Positions 23,744-37,115 are shown, counted from the first letter of the stretch. The stretch is DNA of 64,000 bases from Octopus sinensis (GCF_006345805.1 NC_043001.1:17980001-18044000); one strand, 5' to 3'. Numbers and translations: made by a program. Notes: generated by a model not told the origin, from the letters alone.

Positions 23744-24051
23744 ATGGCTAGTTGTTTAAGCTGAATCACTCTTCTTTTTATTACTTTTATATGTATTACT
23801 AGTTTGTGTGTACGTATGTGCTTATTCACACATACATATGTTTGTATGTGTGACAGAACTAAGTCTATTCGTATATTAACCGGTGGCCAACACCATTGTT
23901 GAAATTTTGTTTCACTATTAACACTACTGAAAAACAAAAACTCGACAACGATGATCAGTTGCAATACGCGTGTATGTGTGTATACGGAGAAATTAGAAAG
24001 AAAATGAAATTACTCCTTTAATGTTAAAAGATTGAACTAAAAATTAAAGGT

Positions 24052-24124
24052 TGGAGAATCCGGGCATCGATCCCGGTACCTCTCGCATGCTAAGCGAGCG
24101 CTCTACCATCTGAGCTAATTCCCC
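24052..24124 (-). tRNA. tRNA-Ala-AGC: tRNA-Ala(AGC)
   Basis: Identical body to 23671..23743, convergent orientation. Confidence 0.95.
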
Positions 24125-24409
24125 AAGTCGACGTTAATGACTCAAAATTACTATATAAACACTTTACTGTTTTTGTTTTTGTTTTTTTTTGCAAATGGAT
24201 TCATTTTTATTATGATGAAAAGTAAATTAAATCAAAGACTAATTTCAGCTTGCATTTCTTATTTATATCACCTACGAGAAATTAGAACAGCCTCGTGTGT
24301 ATTTGCTGACTTATATAAAATGCAGAGAGCTTGTGCTGTATCAGCAGCTGTCTACGGAGAAACATAATACAAAGACTGTAAAAGGCGGCCTGCTCTCTCT
24401 TGGCGTTCG

Positions 24410-24951
24410 TGAGCGGTTTGAATTTCACCTCTCCGTCTCTCTCTCACTCATTCACTCCTCACTCACTCCCTCTCTCTCTCTCGCTCTCTCTGCCTTCCTC
24501 TTTGCCTTTTCTTTTCTTTCTTTTTTTCCCCTGTCTTCTCTTTACTTCACTTATAGTCTCTTCTCATTCTCTCTACCACACCATCTCTCACTCTTTCGCA
24601 CCTCCCACCTCCCATTTACTCCCACTCTCTCATTTTGCTTTATCTACTCTTTCCTTCTCATCCTTCTCATTTTTTTTACTCTCTATATCTCTCTCGCACA
24701 CCTTCCCTACCCTCTCTCTCTCTCTCTCTTTCTCTCCTTTTTTCTCCTTTTTACTCCCCTCCTTCGCATTTATCAACTCTTTTACCTCCCACTTTATCTT
24801 TCTATTTACCTATTTGTCTACCAATCTATCTATCTATCTATCTATCTACCTATCTATCTATCTGTCTGTCTACATACCTATCTATCTATCTATCTATCTA
24901 TCTATCTGTCTGTCTACATACCTATCTATCTATCTATCTATATATCTATCA

Positions 24952-24984
<33 letters not shown>

Positions 24985-24990
24985 CCTATC
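24410..24990. repeat. Polypyrimidine (CT-rich) tract grading into (TCTA)n
   Basis: Direct reading. Explains the spurious S/L/F ORFs. Confidence 0.9.
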
Positions 24991-24994
24991 TCTC

Positions 24995-26042
24995 AAGCAA
25001 CTATGCCATCCCGGGTCGACCTTGAGTGACTTCAACACAACCAGAGCATTCTATAGAGGATTAGAGGAGGGGAGGTACGACGATGAGCTCGGGGCGAACC
25101 TGGACGTCGACGAGGAATACCTGACCCGCCTGTTCAGGACGACTTTCAGGCCAGGGTCCATGGACAACTTCCAGGCCAGGGCCCATGGACAACTTCCAGA
25201 GATCCCTGGCCTGGCAGTGCTACCGAGAAGCGCTACCCGTTCGGGATAAGCTCTACAGACACGGCTCGAGAAACACGGGGCCGACCTGCCCGAGATGCGG
25301 TCAGAGCGACGAAACCGTTCTGCACGCACTCGTGCAGTGTCCAACAATTTCCGACCTGTTGGCTTATGTCGAACAACTGCTGTCACGTGTGGGACGAGTC
25401 GGTTTATCAGCTGAGTCTATCGTCAATATTGTCACGCCTCCTTCCTTCAAACGGGAAGGAAGAGCTATTTTCATCATCCTTGTGGCTATGGCGAAAGAAT
25501 GTATCTGGTGGACGCGTCTGAAAGGATTAGAGACAAACAATTACCTCTCTGGTCAATCTCTCATCAACTTCTTCAAGTATCACTTGAAAAGGAAAGTGAG
25601 AGTAGAGAGGCAAGTTTTGTCTAGCGAATGTTTAAAAAAAAGATGGGTGAATGTAGCAAGGATGGCACGTATGAATGACGAAGCCACCTTGAGCATAATC
25701 CTATGAACCCGGAAAAATTTAAAACAGAGGGTTACCTACTTGCAAACAAATGTGGTAACATGTAACATTATTGACCGAGGTTACCGTGGTCTTTTCTGTA
25801 GGCTTTTCTTTCCATGGATAAACCTTATCTGCTTTCCTTTTTACACTTTACATCATGACATTTCTGTGATACACGATCCCTGTTGATCGTTTTTTTTTTC
25901 CTTTTTCTTTTTTTCTTTCCCTTTTACGATCCCTTTTGATCGAAAACCTACCCCACTTTTTTTTTCTCCCCAAAAAGAAATGCTCTACTTTGTAATCTAT
26001 CCCGTCTGTGTGCAGCCCTGTGTGGCTAATAAAGAAACATAT
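24995..26042 (+). mobile_element. 5'-truncated Tx1/L1-clade LINE (ORF2 C-terminal zinc-binding region plus 3' UTR)
   Basis: DNFQRSLAWQCYREALPVRDKLYRHG..CPRCGQSDETVLHALVQC is homologous to 58423..59031. Stop is at 25706, a 25-bp tandem duplication at 25149..25198 shifts the frame, and aataaa lies at ~26028. Confidence 0.9.
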
Positions 26043-26074
26043 CTGTCTGTCTGTGTATCAGTCTTTTTCTGTCT

Positions 26075-26124
<50 letters not shown>

Positions 26125-26880
26125 CTACTAATATAGGATGAAGTTTTTTTACAGAAAAACGATTCAACAAAAAAGTGGCAGCATGCTAAAATACCTTTAA
26201 GGATTAAAATTATAAGCAACTTATAAACAAGGGCAAAAGAAAATTATTTCTATGCCAATATGCTGATAACAGACTTTTAAATCGTCAATTTCCACATATT
26301 ATTATACCCACTACAAAAATACGTTGTGCTGAAATCGAGGAAAGTTAGCCAACAGAATTTTTTAAAAAGTTCGTTATTTCTATATTGAATCAATTTCGGA
26401 ATTAATCTCCTAATAGATTTTTTTCCTCTTCAGTAGAAAATACGTATAGATATAAATGAAATACTTACATGCGCCCATGCAAAAAAAAAAAACGAAGCAA
26501 AAATCATGAGTACTTTGCTACTTCCCTTATGGCAGGCACACATACACCAACGCAGACTTGAAATTTTGTTTAATTTTTCTTTTCAGCGTAGAATGTTCAC
26601 CATCCCACTTCCATTGCACACACACACGCACACGCACGCGCACAAAAAATTCACATACCTCCCTTTACATAGACACGCATATACTCCCTCTACCAGTTTG
26701 CCATCGTCCTTTCCTTCCTTATTCATCGATCATCCCTTCCTTTCTCATTTATATGTTGTGACGGAGAAATACAGAAGAATATCATTATATAAAGATTATC
26801 TTTCTTGCAGCTCCTTCTCCTTGCGCGCATGCGCAGCATCTTTGGTTAATATGGAAACAGAACTTTCCGCCACGGTGATA

Positions 26881-27272
26881 CTCTTTTACTTGTTTCAGTC
26901 ATTTGACTGCGGCCATGCTGGGGCACCGCGTTTAGTCGAGCAAATCGACTCCAGGACTTATTCTTTGGAAGCCTAGTACTTATTCTATCGCTCTATTTTG
27001 CCGAACCGCTAAGTTACGGGGACGTAAACACACCACCATCAGTTGTCAAGCGACGTTGTGGGGGGGGGGGGACAAAGACACACAAAAATATACACACACA
27101 CATATATATATATACATATATACGATGGGCTTCTTTCAGTTTCCGTCTACGAAATCCACTCATAAGGCTTTTGGTCTGCCCGAGGCTATAATAGAAGACA
27201 CTTGCCACGCAGTGGGAATGAACCTGGAACCATGTGGTTGGTAAGCAAGCTACTTACTACACACCCACTCCT
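26881..27272 (-). mobile_element. SINE family A
   Basis: Shares a head deletion (cgtggcaagtg) with its inverted duplicate at 32376. Confidence 0.85.
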
Positions 27273-27429
27273 AAAATACTCGCTTCTGATTGGCTAAAAT
27301 ACCCAAATTTTGCAAATTTTAACGGCCAATAACTCTTAATAATGGATCTATAGGAAAAATTAATTTCGTTCTCATAATTAGTATACAAAACTTAATTCAT
27401 ATATCAAATTGGAATAAAATTGTAAACAT

Positions 27430-27830
27430 AGGCGCAGGAGTGGCTGCGTGGTAAGTAGCTTGCTTAACAACCACATGGTTCTGGGTTCAGTCCCACTGCG
27501 TGGCACCTTGGGCAAGTGTATTCTACTATAGCCTCGAGCCGACCAAAGCCTTGTGAGTGGATTTGGTAGACGGAAACTGAAAGAAGCCCGTCGTATATAT
27601 GTATAAGTGTGTGTATATGTTTGTGTGTCTGTGTTTGGTCCTCCAACATCGGTTGACAACCGATGCTGGTGTGTTTACGTCCCCGTTACTTAGCGGTTCA
27701 GCAAAAGAGACCGATAGAATAAGTACTAGGCTTACAAAGAATAAGTCCTGGGATCGATTTGCTCGACTAAAAAAAAGGCGGTGCTCCAGCATGGTCGCAG
27801 TCAAATGACTGAAACAAGTAAAAGAGTAAA
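27430..27830 (+). mobile_element. SINE family A
   Basis: Complete; duplicated at 31800..32218. Confidence 0.88.
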
Positions 27831-27884
27831 AGAGAGAGTAAAGAGAGTGACGAAAACCACAAAGATCCCTTAGAGGTACTATTT

Positions 27885-28215
27885 CTTGTTTCTTTACTAC
27901 CCACAAGGGGCTAAACACAGAGGGGACAAACAAGAACAGACAAACGGATTAAGTCGATCATATCAACCCCAGTGCGTAACTGGTACTTATTTAATCGACC
28001 CCGAAAGGATGAAAGGCAAAGTCGACCACGGCGGAATTTGAACTCAGAACGTAACGGCAGACGAAATACCTATTTCTTTACTACCCACAAGGGGCTAAAC
28101 ATAGAGGGGACAAAAAAGGACAGACAAACGGATTAAGTCGATTATATCGACCACAGTGCGTAACTGGTGACTTAATTTATCGACCCCGAAAGGATGAAAA
28201 GCAAAGTCGACCAAA
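27885..28215 (-). mobile_element. SINE family B dimer
   Basis: Junction at ~28068. Confidence 0.85.
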
Positions 28216-29007
28216 GTCAAGGAAACATTGAATGTAACATAATATATAGATTTCTTTATAGCAAAAGTACCCTGGTAAATCAATAAACGATATACATATC
28301 AATAATGAATATATAAATTGTTACTTAGACCATAAGAGAAGTTAATAATCGTATTTTTATTCCGATATCTATTTTGAAATATCTGTGAAAATATGAGTTA
28401 TTACTCTGCTTTTACTGTCCTGTGTGGATAATGAACGAAAATTAAGAAAAACTACTTCGTTGAAGTATATGAAGACATAACAACTATATTGAATAGAGAT
28501 AAATAATACAACTATATTTATTGCATTGCATTTAATGTTCTGGATAAAATACTTATTGGGAAATTGTAGAAGTAGAAAAATAAATTACTAATATATGAAA
28601 AATATACACACGATTTCTTTGAAAGATTTGTATAACTGTGTATAAGAGGGGCCCATTTTAAAAAATAAAACACAACGCTTTGTTATTGGAAGTTAACGCC
28701 ATCTTGTTGATTATAAGGCCTTAAGAAGAGTTAACTACTTAATGATTTTGTTTAAGCGTTGGATATTTTTTTCTTGAAGGATTTTCCTGGATTCATTTGT
28801 AGAATGTATTATAGAATTTAATTAATGTTATTTGTAACACCACCACCACCATCACCACGACTTGGTTCCAGGTTCAGTGTCTTCTGTCATAGCTTCGGGC
28901 TGATCAAACCCTCGGAAACTCAAAGAAACTCCTTCTATGTATGTATGTATGTATGTATGTATGTATGTATGTATGTATGTATGTATGTATGTATGTATGC
29001 ATGTATG

Positions 29008-29038
<31 letters not shown>

Positions 29039-29082
29039 GTATGTCTCTCTCCCTCCTCTCTCTCTCCCTCCTCTCTCTCTCC

Positions 29083-29187
<105 letters not shown>

Positions 29188-29229
29188 ATATATATATATA
29201 TATACATATATAAGTTTATACATATAAGT

Positions 29230-29704
29230 TTATTACTATTATTAATGCGCATTGTAAGAGAGTGGGGAATTAGCTCAGATGGTAGAGCGCTCGCTTAGCA
29301 TGCGAGAGGTACCGGGATCGATGCCCGGATTCTCCAATAGCCGGTTGTTTAGGCTAAACCATTCCAATTTTTATTACTTTTATACGTATTGTATTTGTGA
29401 GTGCACGCATGTTCTTATTCAGCGAGATATACGTTTGTATGTGTGACAGAACCAAGTCTATTCGTACGTTGACCGGCGGCCACCACCATTGTTGAAATTT
29501 TGTTTCACTTTTAACAATACCGAAAAAGGATCGAATGTATACGAAACAAGGACAGAAAAACGGACGACGCTACACGAATATAAATACAAAAAAAAAACAA
29601 AAAATAATAATACGAATATAAATACAAAAAAAGAATAATAATATTAATAACAGGACAAAACGACAGGCGTCTTTCGACTTTAGACAGTTGAACTTAGCTG
29701 GCGT
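29230..29704 (+). repeat. Inner left arm of near-perfect palindrome
   Basis: Reverse complement of 29965..30424, with a 260-bp spacer. Confidence 0.95.
29264..29336 (+). tRNA. tRNA-Ala-AGC: tRNA-Ala(AGC)
   Basis: Identical 73-nt body. Confidence 0.95.
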
Positions 29705-29964
29705 GCATTTCTTGCTTTGCACTTCACTGACCCTGTCTTTCTTTTGTCCCGCCAATCCTTGGAACGCTCTCTTTCTTCTCCCCCTCCTTAATACCTTTGT
29801 TCCTGTTTTTCTCTCTCTTCTCCCTCTCTTTAATTCCTTTGCCCCTTTTCTCTCTCTCTCTTCTCTTCTCACGTGACTGCTGGCTAGCTATAGCCTTTCC
29901 GCATCTGACCAGTGCCACGACAACACCGCTTTCTTCGTCTGTCGTAAGGCATTATTTTTCAAAT

Positions 29965-30424
29965 ACGCCAGCTAAGTTCAACTGTCTATAGTCGAAAGAC
30001 GCCTGTCGTTTTGTCCTGTTTATTGTTTTTTGTATTTATATTCGTATTATTTTTGGGGGTTTTTTTGTATTTATATTCGTGTAGCGTCGTCCGTTTTTCT
30101 GTCCTTGTTTCGTATACATTCGATCCTTTTTCGGTATTGTTAAAAGTGAAACAAAATTTCAACAATGGTGGTGGCCGCCGGTCAACGTACGAATAGACTT
30201 GGTTCTGTCACACATACAAACGTATATCTCGCTGAATAAGAACATGCGTGCACTCACAAATACAATACGTATAAAAGTAATAAAAATTGGAATGGTTTAG
30301 CCTAAACAACCGGCTATTGGAGAATCCGGGCATCGATCCCGGTACCTCTCGCATGCTAAGCGAGCGCTCTACCATCTGAGCTAATTCCCCACTCTCCTAC
30401 TACGTTCATTAATAATAGTAATAA
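29965..30424 (-). repeat. Inner right arm of near-perfect palindrome
   Basis: See 29230..29704. Confidence 0.95.
30318..30390 (-). tRNA. tRNA-Ala-AGC: tRNA-Ala(AGC)
   Basis: Identical 73-nt body. Confidence 0.95.
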
Positions 30425-30639
30425 CCTTTAAGCTTGCAGATTCGTTATCGTCCCGGACAGATTGTTTAGTGGCGTTTTTGTCTGGTTTTACGTTCTATGT
30501 TGACATGTCGCCGAGGTCGACTTTGCTTATCAGTATTTTCGGGGGAATAAAATAAGTACCAGTTATTAACTGGCTCGATGTAATCGCTTAGTCTACCGAA
30601 ACTAGGTCTTTTTGCCTATAGTAGAAAGGATTATTATTA

Positions 30640-30995
30640 ATATATATCTCCTTACTGCCCACAGGGGCTAAACATAGAGGGGACAAACAAGGACAGGCAA
30701 TGGGAATAAGTCGATTAGATCGACCCCAGTGCGAAATTGGTACTTTATTTATCGACCCCGAAAGGATGAAAGGCAAAGTCGACCTCGGCGGAATTTGAAC
30801 TCAGAACGTGAAGACAGACGAAATACCTATTTCTTTACTACCCACAAGGGGCTAAATACAGAGAGAACAAACAAGGACAAACAAACGGATTAAGTCGATT
30901 ATATTGACCCCAGTGCGTAACTGGTACTTATTTAATCGACCCCAAAAGGATGAAAAGCAAAGTCGATCGACCTCGGCGGAATTTGAACTTAGACG
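30640..30995 (-). mobile_element. SINE family B dimer (duplicate of 23006..23410)
   Basis: Its junction maps onto 23234 with the same offset as the tRNA pair 23671/30390. Confidence 0.85.
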
Positions 30996-31214
30996 TAACA
31001 AATTACTTAAGTTGATTGGTGATTGGTTTAGGTGTCACAGTTTGTTGAACATGTCAAGAGACCTGTATTTTGACTCTGGCCAAAGCAGTAATTGTTGAGC
31101 TATTTTTAGAAATACCCAGGTATTTTTACATTTCAATTATCATCATCATCATTATCATCTCCTTTATTATTGTTGTCGTTGTTGGTGGTAGTGGCTGTTG
31201 CTGTTGCTGTCCAG

Positions 31215-31540
31215 TGGGAGAAGTCCGAAACGTGGTCCTTTGCTATTCGTAAGACCCGCAGAAGAGAAAGCAGGTCAACCCCCGACACCGAGAGCATCGA
31301 TGGATGGATGAATGCGCATCCAGGCTCAGCGGTTGCGTAGGAAGTCGGGGACAAGAAACAGGAAGTAGGAGTGAGAGAGAGTTGGATCGAAAGAGTACAA
31401 CAGGGGTCGCCACCTGCCGGAGCCTCGTGGAGCTTAGGTGTTTTCGCTCAATAAACACACACAACGCTCGGTCTGGGAATCGAAACCGCGATCCTCCGAC
31501 CGCGAGTCCGCTGCCCTAACCATTGGGTCATTGCGCCTTC
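31215..31540 (-). mobile_element. SINE family C, tail type 3
   Basis: Matches 18710..19043. Confidence 0.85.
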
Positions 31541-31799
31541 ACGTTGTTGTTGTTGGTGGTGGTGGTGGTGGTGGTGGTGGTGGTGGTGGTGGCGGTTGTT
31601 GTAGGAGTAGCTGTGGTAATAGGACTTTAAAACCAAAAAATAAGATTATTTTTACTGACTTTTCTCTTGACTTAGCTAGTATTTTCCCGCTATCATCATC
31701 ATGAGTACATTTAGTATTGTTGTTGTTGTTAGTGGCATTGGTCGTAGCAGTAGAATTTGTACCTCTAAGGGATCTTTGTGGTTTTCGTCACTCTCTTTA

Positions 31800-32218
31800 C
31801 TCTCTCTTTTACTCTTTTATTTGTTTCAGTCATTTGACTGTGACCATGCTGGAGCACCGCCTTTAGTCGAGCAAATCGACCCCAGGACTTATTCTTTGTA
31901 AACCTAGTACTTATTCTATAGGTCTCTTTTACCGAACCGCTAAGTTACAGGGACGTAAACAACCAGCATCGGTTGTCAAGCAATGTTGGAGGGCCAAACA
32001 CAGACACACAAACATATACTCACGCATACATATATATATATATATACATATATACGACTGGCTTCTTTCAGTTTCCGTCTACCAAATCCACTCACAAGGC
32101 TTTGGTCGGCCCGAAGCTATACTAGAAGGCACTTGCCCAAGGTGCCACGCAATGGGACTGAACCCAGAACCATGGGTTGGTAAGCAAGCTACTTACCACG
32201 CAGCCACTCCTGCGCCTA
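31800..32218 (-). mobile_element. SINE family A
   Basis: Complete. Confidence 0.88.
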
Positions 32219-32375
32219 TGTTTACAATTGTTTTCAAATTTGATATATGGATTAAGTTTTGTATACTAATTATGAAAACGAAATTCATTTTTCCTATAGA
32301 TCCATTATTAAGAGTTATTAGCCATTAAAATTTGCAAAATTTGGGTATTTTAGCCAATCAGAAGCGAGTATTTTA

Positions 32376-32525
32376 GGAGTGGGTGTGTAGTAAGTAGCTT
32401 GCTTACCAACCACATGGTTCCGGGTTCATTCCCACTGCGTGGCAAGTGTCTTCTACTATAGCCGCGGGCAGACCAAAGCCTTGTGAGTGGATTTGGTAGA
32501 CGGAAACTGAAAGAAGCTCGTCATA

Positions 32526-32609
<84 letters not shown>

Positions 32610-32661
32610 GTGTGTGTGGTGTGTGTGTGTTATAATATATATGTGTATATATATATATATA

Positions 32662-32693
<32 letters not shown>

Positions 32694-32728
32694 AATAATG
32701 CATGTGTGTGTATATGTTTGTGTGTCTT
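32376..32728 (+). mobile_element. SINE family A, 3' half deleted
   Basis: Head plus long (TA)n tract. Confidence 0.8.
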
Positions 32729-33211
32729 TGAATAAGGAAGCAAAGGACGATGGCAAACTGGTAGTGGGAGTATGTGTGTGTCTATGTAAAAGGGAAGTGA
32801 ATTTTTTTGTGCGCGCGCAGTGTGTGTGCGTGTGTGTGTGTGTGTTCAATGGAAGTGGGTGGGTAAACATTCAACGCTGAAAAGAAAAATCAAACAGCGT
32901 TTCAAGCCCGCGTTAGTGTATGTGTACCTGCCATAAGGGAAGTAACAATGTTTTGACAAGCTGATGCACCCCCCCCCCACCGCCAATGATGGAAGAGGCA
33001 GCGAACGCGCTGTTTTCTGATTGGCTGAAAATTCTGAATATTATCAAACTTTGAACACCTGTAACATTTTTGCAAATTTTTTTTAGAATAGATGAACAAC
33101 AAATTCGGATTCAGCGTCAAAAATTACATCTATATGATACATTAAAATATTTTTAAAAAGATACTTGTAAACAGTGATTTTTCTCCCAAGTTCACTTGTA
33201 GAATGGAAATA

Positions 33212-35520
33212 TCTATATATATAAAACTCTAGTTGTGTGAGTGTCTGTCCCCTTCGATTTAGATTCCTAACTCCTCCCACATTTTGCGGTGCAGTTTAAC
33301 CAAATTCGGGTATCTTATAGTCGTGATTCATATCGAGCCCGTCTGACTATTAGCGCGCGTCAACGATGAGTCTACGATTTTAAAAATAATTTAACATCAT
33401 TTTTTATTCCATTTTAATGCATAAAATGCATCGTGTGTCGATGGCGGTGGAGTTGGCGTCCACGCTCACAGCTGCACCTGTTTGCTTCTCTCCCTTCCCT
33501 CCCTCGTGAAGCTGTGGGGAAGGGAGTGTAAAGAAATCAACGTCGTAATGCGTTGTGAAGGAAACCAGCGTTCTTTTAGAACAACGACTTCATGGCTTGA
33601 AGACACCAAAACAAAAATGGCTAAGAAAGCCCGAATTTATAAGGGAAGTAACTCTCTAAAAATGCTTATATAGTTATTTCCCTTACCAACCCGAGCAACG
33701 CCGGGCGATACTGCTAGTCTTTATATATAAAAGAGAAGTTGTGTGTCTGTCTCCTACGATTTAGATTCCTAACTACTCCCACGTTTTGCGGTGCAGTTTA
33801 ACCAAAACCGGGTATCTTATAGTCGTGATTCATATCGAGCCCTTCTGGGTATTAGCGCGCGTCTACGATGAGTCTACGATTTAAAAAATAATTTACCATA
33901 ATTCTTTTCCATTTTAACGCATATTTTTTTCAGTGTCGATGGTGCGGGTTGGCGTCCATGCTCACACCTGCACCTGTGTTGCTTCTCCCCCTTCTTCCCT
34001 CCCTCGTGAAGCTGTGGGGAAGGGAGTGTAAGGAAATTAACGTCGTAAAGCGTTGTCAAGGAGACCAGCGTTCTTTTAGAACAACGACTTCATGGCTTGA
34101 AGTCGCCAAAACAGAAATCGCTAAAAAAGCTGAAACAGATCCACAAAAACGGCAAAAACCGCCACACAGGGCAGGTTTCCTGTGCAAACAATTTGCACAA
34201 CCGAATGCACAAATCTTTATATATAAAAGTGAAGTTGTGTGTCTGTCTCCTACGATTTAGATTCCTAACTACTCCCACATTTTGCGGTGCAGTTTAACCA
34301 AATTCGGGTATCTTATAGTCGTGATTCATATCGAGCCCTTCTGGGTATTAGCGCGCGTCTACGATGAGTCTACGATTTAAAAAAAAAATTACCATCATTT
34401 TTTCCATTTTAATGCATTTTTCGCTATTATATAAGGGAAGTAACTCTCTAAAAATGTCTGCGATGAGTGGACGATTTAAAAAAAAATTACCATCATTCTT
34501 TATTCCATTTTTAATGCATTTTTTGCTATTTTTTGGCTATAACTCTCTAAAAATGCTTATATAGTTATTTCCCTTACAAACCCGAGCAACGCCGGGCGAT
34601 ACTGCTAGTCTATATATATAAAACTGTAGTTGTGTGAGTATCTGTCTCCTACGATTTAGATTCCTAACTACTCCCACATTTTGCGGTGCAGTTTAACCAA
34701 ATTCGGGTATCTTATAGTCGTGATTCATATGAGCCCGTCTGGGTATTAGCGCGCGTCTACGATGAGTCTACGATTTTTAAAATAATTTAACATCATTTTT
34801 TTTTCCATTTTAACGCATATTTTTTCGTGTGTCGATGGCGGTGGAGTTGGCGTCCACGCTCACACCTGCACCTGTGTTGCTTCTCCCCCTTCTTCCCTCC
34901 CTCGTGAAGCTGTGGGGAAGGGAGTGTAAGGAAATCAACGTCGTAAAGCATTGTCAAGGAGACCAGCGTTCTTTTAGAACAACGATTTCATGGCTTGAAG
35001 ACACCAAAATTACCATCATTTTTTATTCCATTTTTAATGCATTTTTTGCTATTTTTTTGCTATAACTCACTAAAAATGCTTATATAGTAATTTCCCTTAC
35101 AAACCCGAGCAACGCCGGGCGATACTGCTAGTCTTTATATATAAAAGAAAGGTTGTGTGTCTGTCTACTCCGATTTAGATTCCTAACTACTCCCACATTT
35201 TGCGGTGCAGTTTAACCAAAACCGGGTATCTTATAGTCGTGATTCATATCGAGCCTTTCTGGGTATTAGCGCGCGTCTACGATGAGTCTACGATTTTAAA
35301 AATAATTTACCATCATTTTTTCCATTTTAATGCATTTTTTAAATATAAGGGAAGTAACTCTCTAAAAATGTCTACGATGAGTCAACGATTTTTAAAAAAT
35401 TTACCATAATTTTTTTTTCATTTTTAATGCATTTTTTGCTATTTTTTGGCTATAACTCTCTAAAAATGCTTTATAGTTATTTCCCTTACAAACCCGAGCA
35501 ACGCCGGGCGATACTGCTAG
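33212..35520 (+). mobile_element. Head-to-tail array of five non-autonomous Helitron units
   Basis: Units start TC(T/A)TATATATAAAA at 33212, 33718, 34214, 34609 and 35132. Four end with hairpin cccgagcaacgccggg then CTAG (33717, 34608, 35131, 35520). The array sits between host A (33211) and T (35521) with no TSD. Confidence 0.9.
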
Positions 35521-35705
35521 TTATAAATATTTTCTGACCACATATTTCTAGATGGTTACATCTGTGTCTCTAATTTGCTGTCGGTGCACACGTGAACATT
35601 CTGATAGTGCATTTCCAGTCTGACCCACATATAGTCTTCACAAAAGAGTAAAGAGATATACATATGGGGGTGGGGTGTAAGTATCTGAGGTATAGGAAAA
35701 TAGTG

Positions 35706-36130
35706 GGATCTTTTCGGTTTGAACAGCAGTTTTTTTCTAGCGGTGTCATATGAAATTGTCACCCATAATTATGACCCTAGTATCGATCTATTGCATTTCA
35801 ATCTGTTTTAGGGTTAGGGTTAGTTAGGGTTAGGGGTGGGGGGAAGGGCAACGTTTTTCTTCAGAAATGTAAATAAACCCAATCTGTTTCTTAAACGGGG
35901 GACATTCATACGGCACAGAATGCTTTTTAACTCAATAGACGTCATTGATTGGTTGAAATTGCAGAAATTGAAAATAAAAACAACAAATATCTTACAGACT
36001 ATAGAATTTTCTCAATAAAGCCAAGAGAAAAAGATGTTTTATAAACACATTCTACCAGTATAGGAAGTTTAAAAGTGTTTAGTTACGAGGAAATTATTTT
36101 AATAAACTGCCGTTCAAACCGAAAAGATCT
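35706..36130 (+). mobile_element. 425-bp MITE with GGATC TIRs, 8-bp TSD and internal (TTAGGG)n (Merlin-like)
   Basis: TIR ggatcttttcggtttgaac[a/g]gcagttt, with perfect TSD aaatagtg. Confidence 0.9.
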
Positions 36131-36326
36131 AAATAGTGAGCTTCAAGCAGGCCATAGAAGAAATAATAATAAAAAAACAACTTTTAGGAACAATAGCGTT
36201 TTATTGGAGCAGAAGGTTGTGAGTTTTTCCGTAGCGAAATACGATAAGCTGAAAAGAAGGTTATTTTATAGTTCGTGGTTAGCAACTGTGGTTGCTGTGT
36301 GTGCGAATAAATATCAAAAATTAGGG

Positions 36327-36510
36327 GAGCGACGCAGGAGTGTCTGTGTAGTAAGTAGCTTGCTTTCCAACCACATACTTCCGGGTTCAGTCACACTTCG
36401 TGGCACCTTGAGCAAGTGTCTTCTGCTATAGCCTCGGGCCGACCAAAGCCTTGTGAGTGGATTTAGTAGACGGAAACCGAAAGAAGCTCGTCGTATATAT
36501 GTATATGTGT

Positions 36511-36561
<51 letters not shown>

Positions 36562-36745
36562 CGTGTATCTGCGTTTGTCCCTCACCATAGCTTGACAACC
36601 GATATTGGTGTGTTTACGTCCCCGTAACTTAACAGTTCGGCAAAAGAGACCGATAAAACAAGTATCAGGCTTGCAAAGAATAAGTCCTGGGGTCAACTAA
36701 AGATGGTGCTCCAGCATAGCCGCAGTCAAATGACAAACCAATGAC
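36327..36745 (+). mobile_element. SINE family A
   Basis: Head to tail match. Confidence 0.82.
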
Positions 36746-36820
36746 AAAAAATAATAGCGTAGATTCTGCTAGTTCTATAAAACATATGTAGCCTGAATTT
36801 TAGATATGTCTATATATATA

Positions 36821-37115
36821 CAGTAACCCCTCGACTATCGCGGGCGTTACGCACGAAACCTCGCCTCGGGTTCGCGATAGGTGAAAATTTTATTATTTAT
36901 ATAATTTTTACTATTTTTATAATTTGTTATTATTTAATTTTTTTATTATTTTCATAATTTGTTTTAAAGTGTTTAGTTAACTAGAAATTGTCTGCCGTTC
37001 AAAAGGAAAAGATCCTTTATTTCATTATAAATGCAAAACGATACCACGGAGGAATAAACGTAAGCTTAAATAATAAACCGTGATAGGTGAACCTCGATAT
37101 GGCGAGGGATTACTA
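36821..37115. mobile_element. 295-bp pogo/Tigger-like MITE
   Basis: TIR cagtaa[c/t]ccctcg, flanked by TA. Confidence 0.75.

Larger units (their letters stand above)
26512..27879 (+). repeat. Outer left arm of a large inverted duplication
   Basis: Reverse complement of 31759..32951, including unique sequence between and beside the SINEs. Confidence 0.9.
31759..32951 (-). repeat. Outer right arm of a large inverted duplication
   Basis: Reverse complement of 26512..27879, with a deletion of a few hundred bp near 32728. Confidence 0.9.

Noticed and set aside
24297-25249. 200-240-aa S/L/F/Y-rich ORFs resembling membrane proteins
   Set aside because: They arise from a polypyrimidine tract and (TCTA)n, which lack stops in some frames.
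26823-26834. GCGCATGCGC NRF1/Ewg-like motif (similar at ~40566 and ~52727)
   Set aside because: No associated gene start is visible, so it cannot be distinguished from chance or repeat-derived sequence.
35808-35835. TTAGGG repeats as evidence of a chromosome end or fusion site
   Set aside because: The tracts are short and lie inside a TIR/TSD-bounded MITE present three times.
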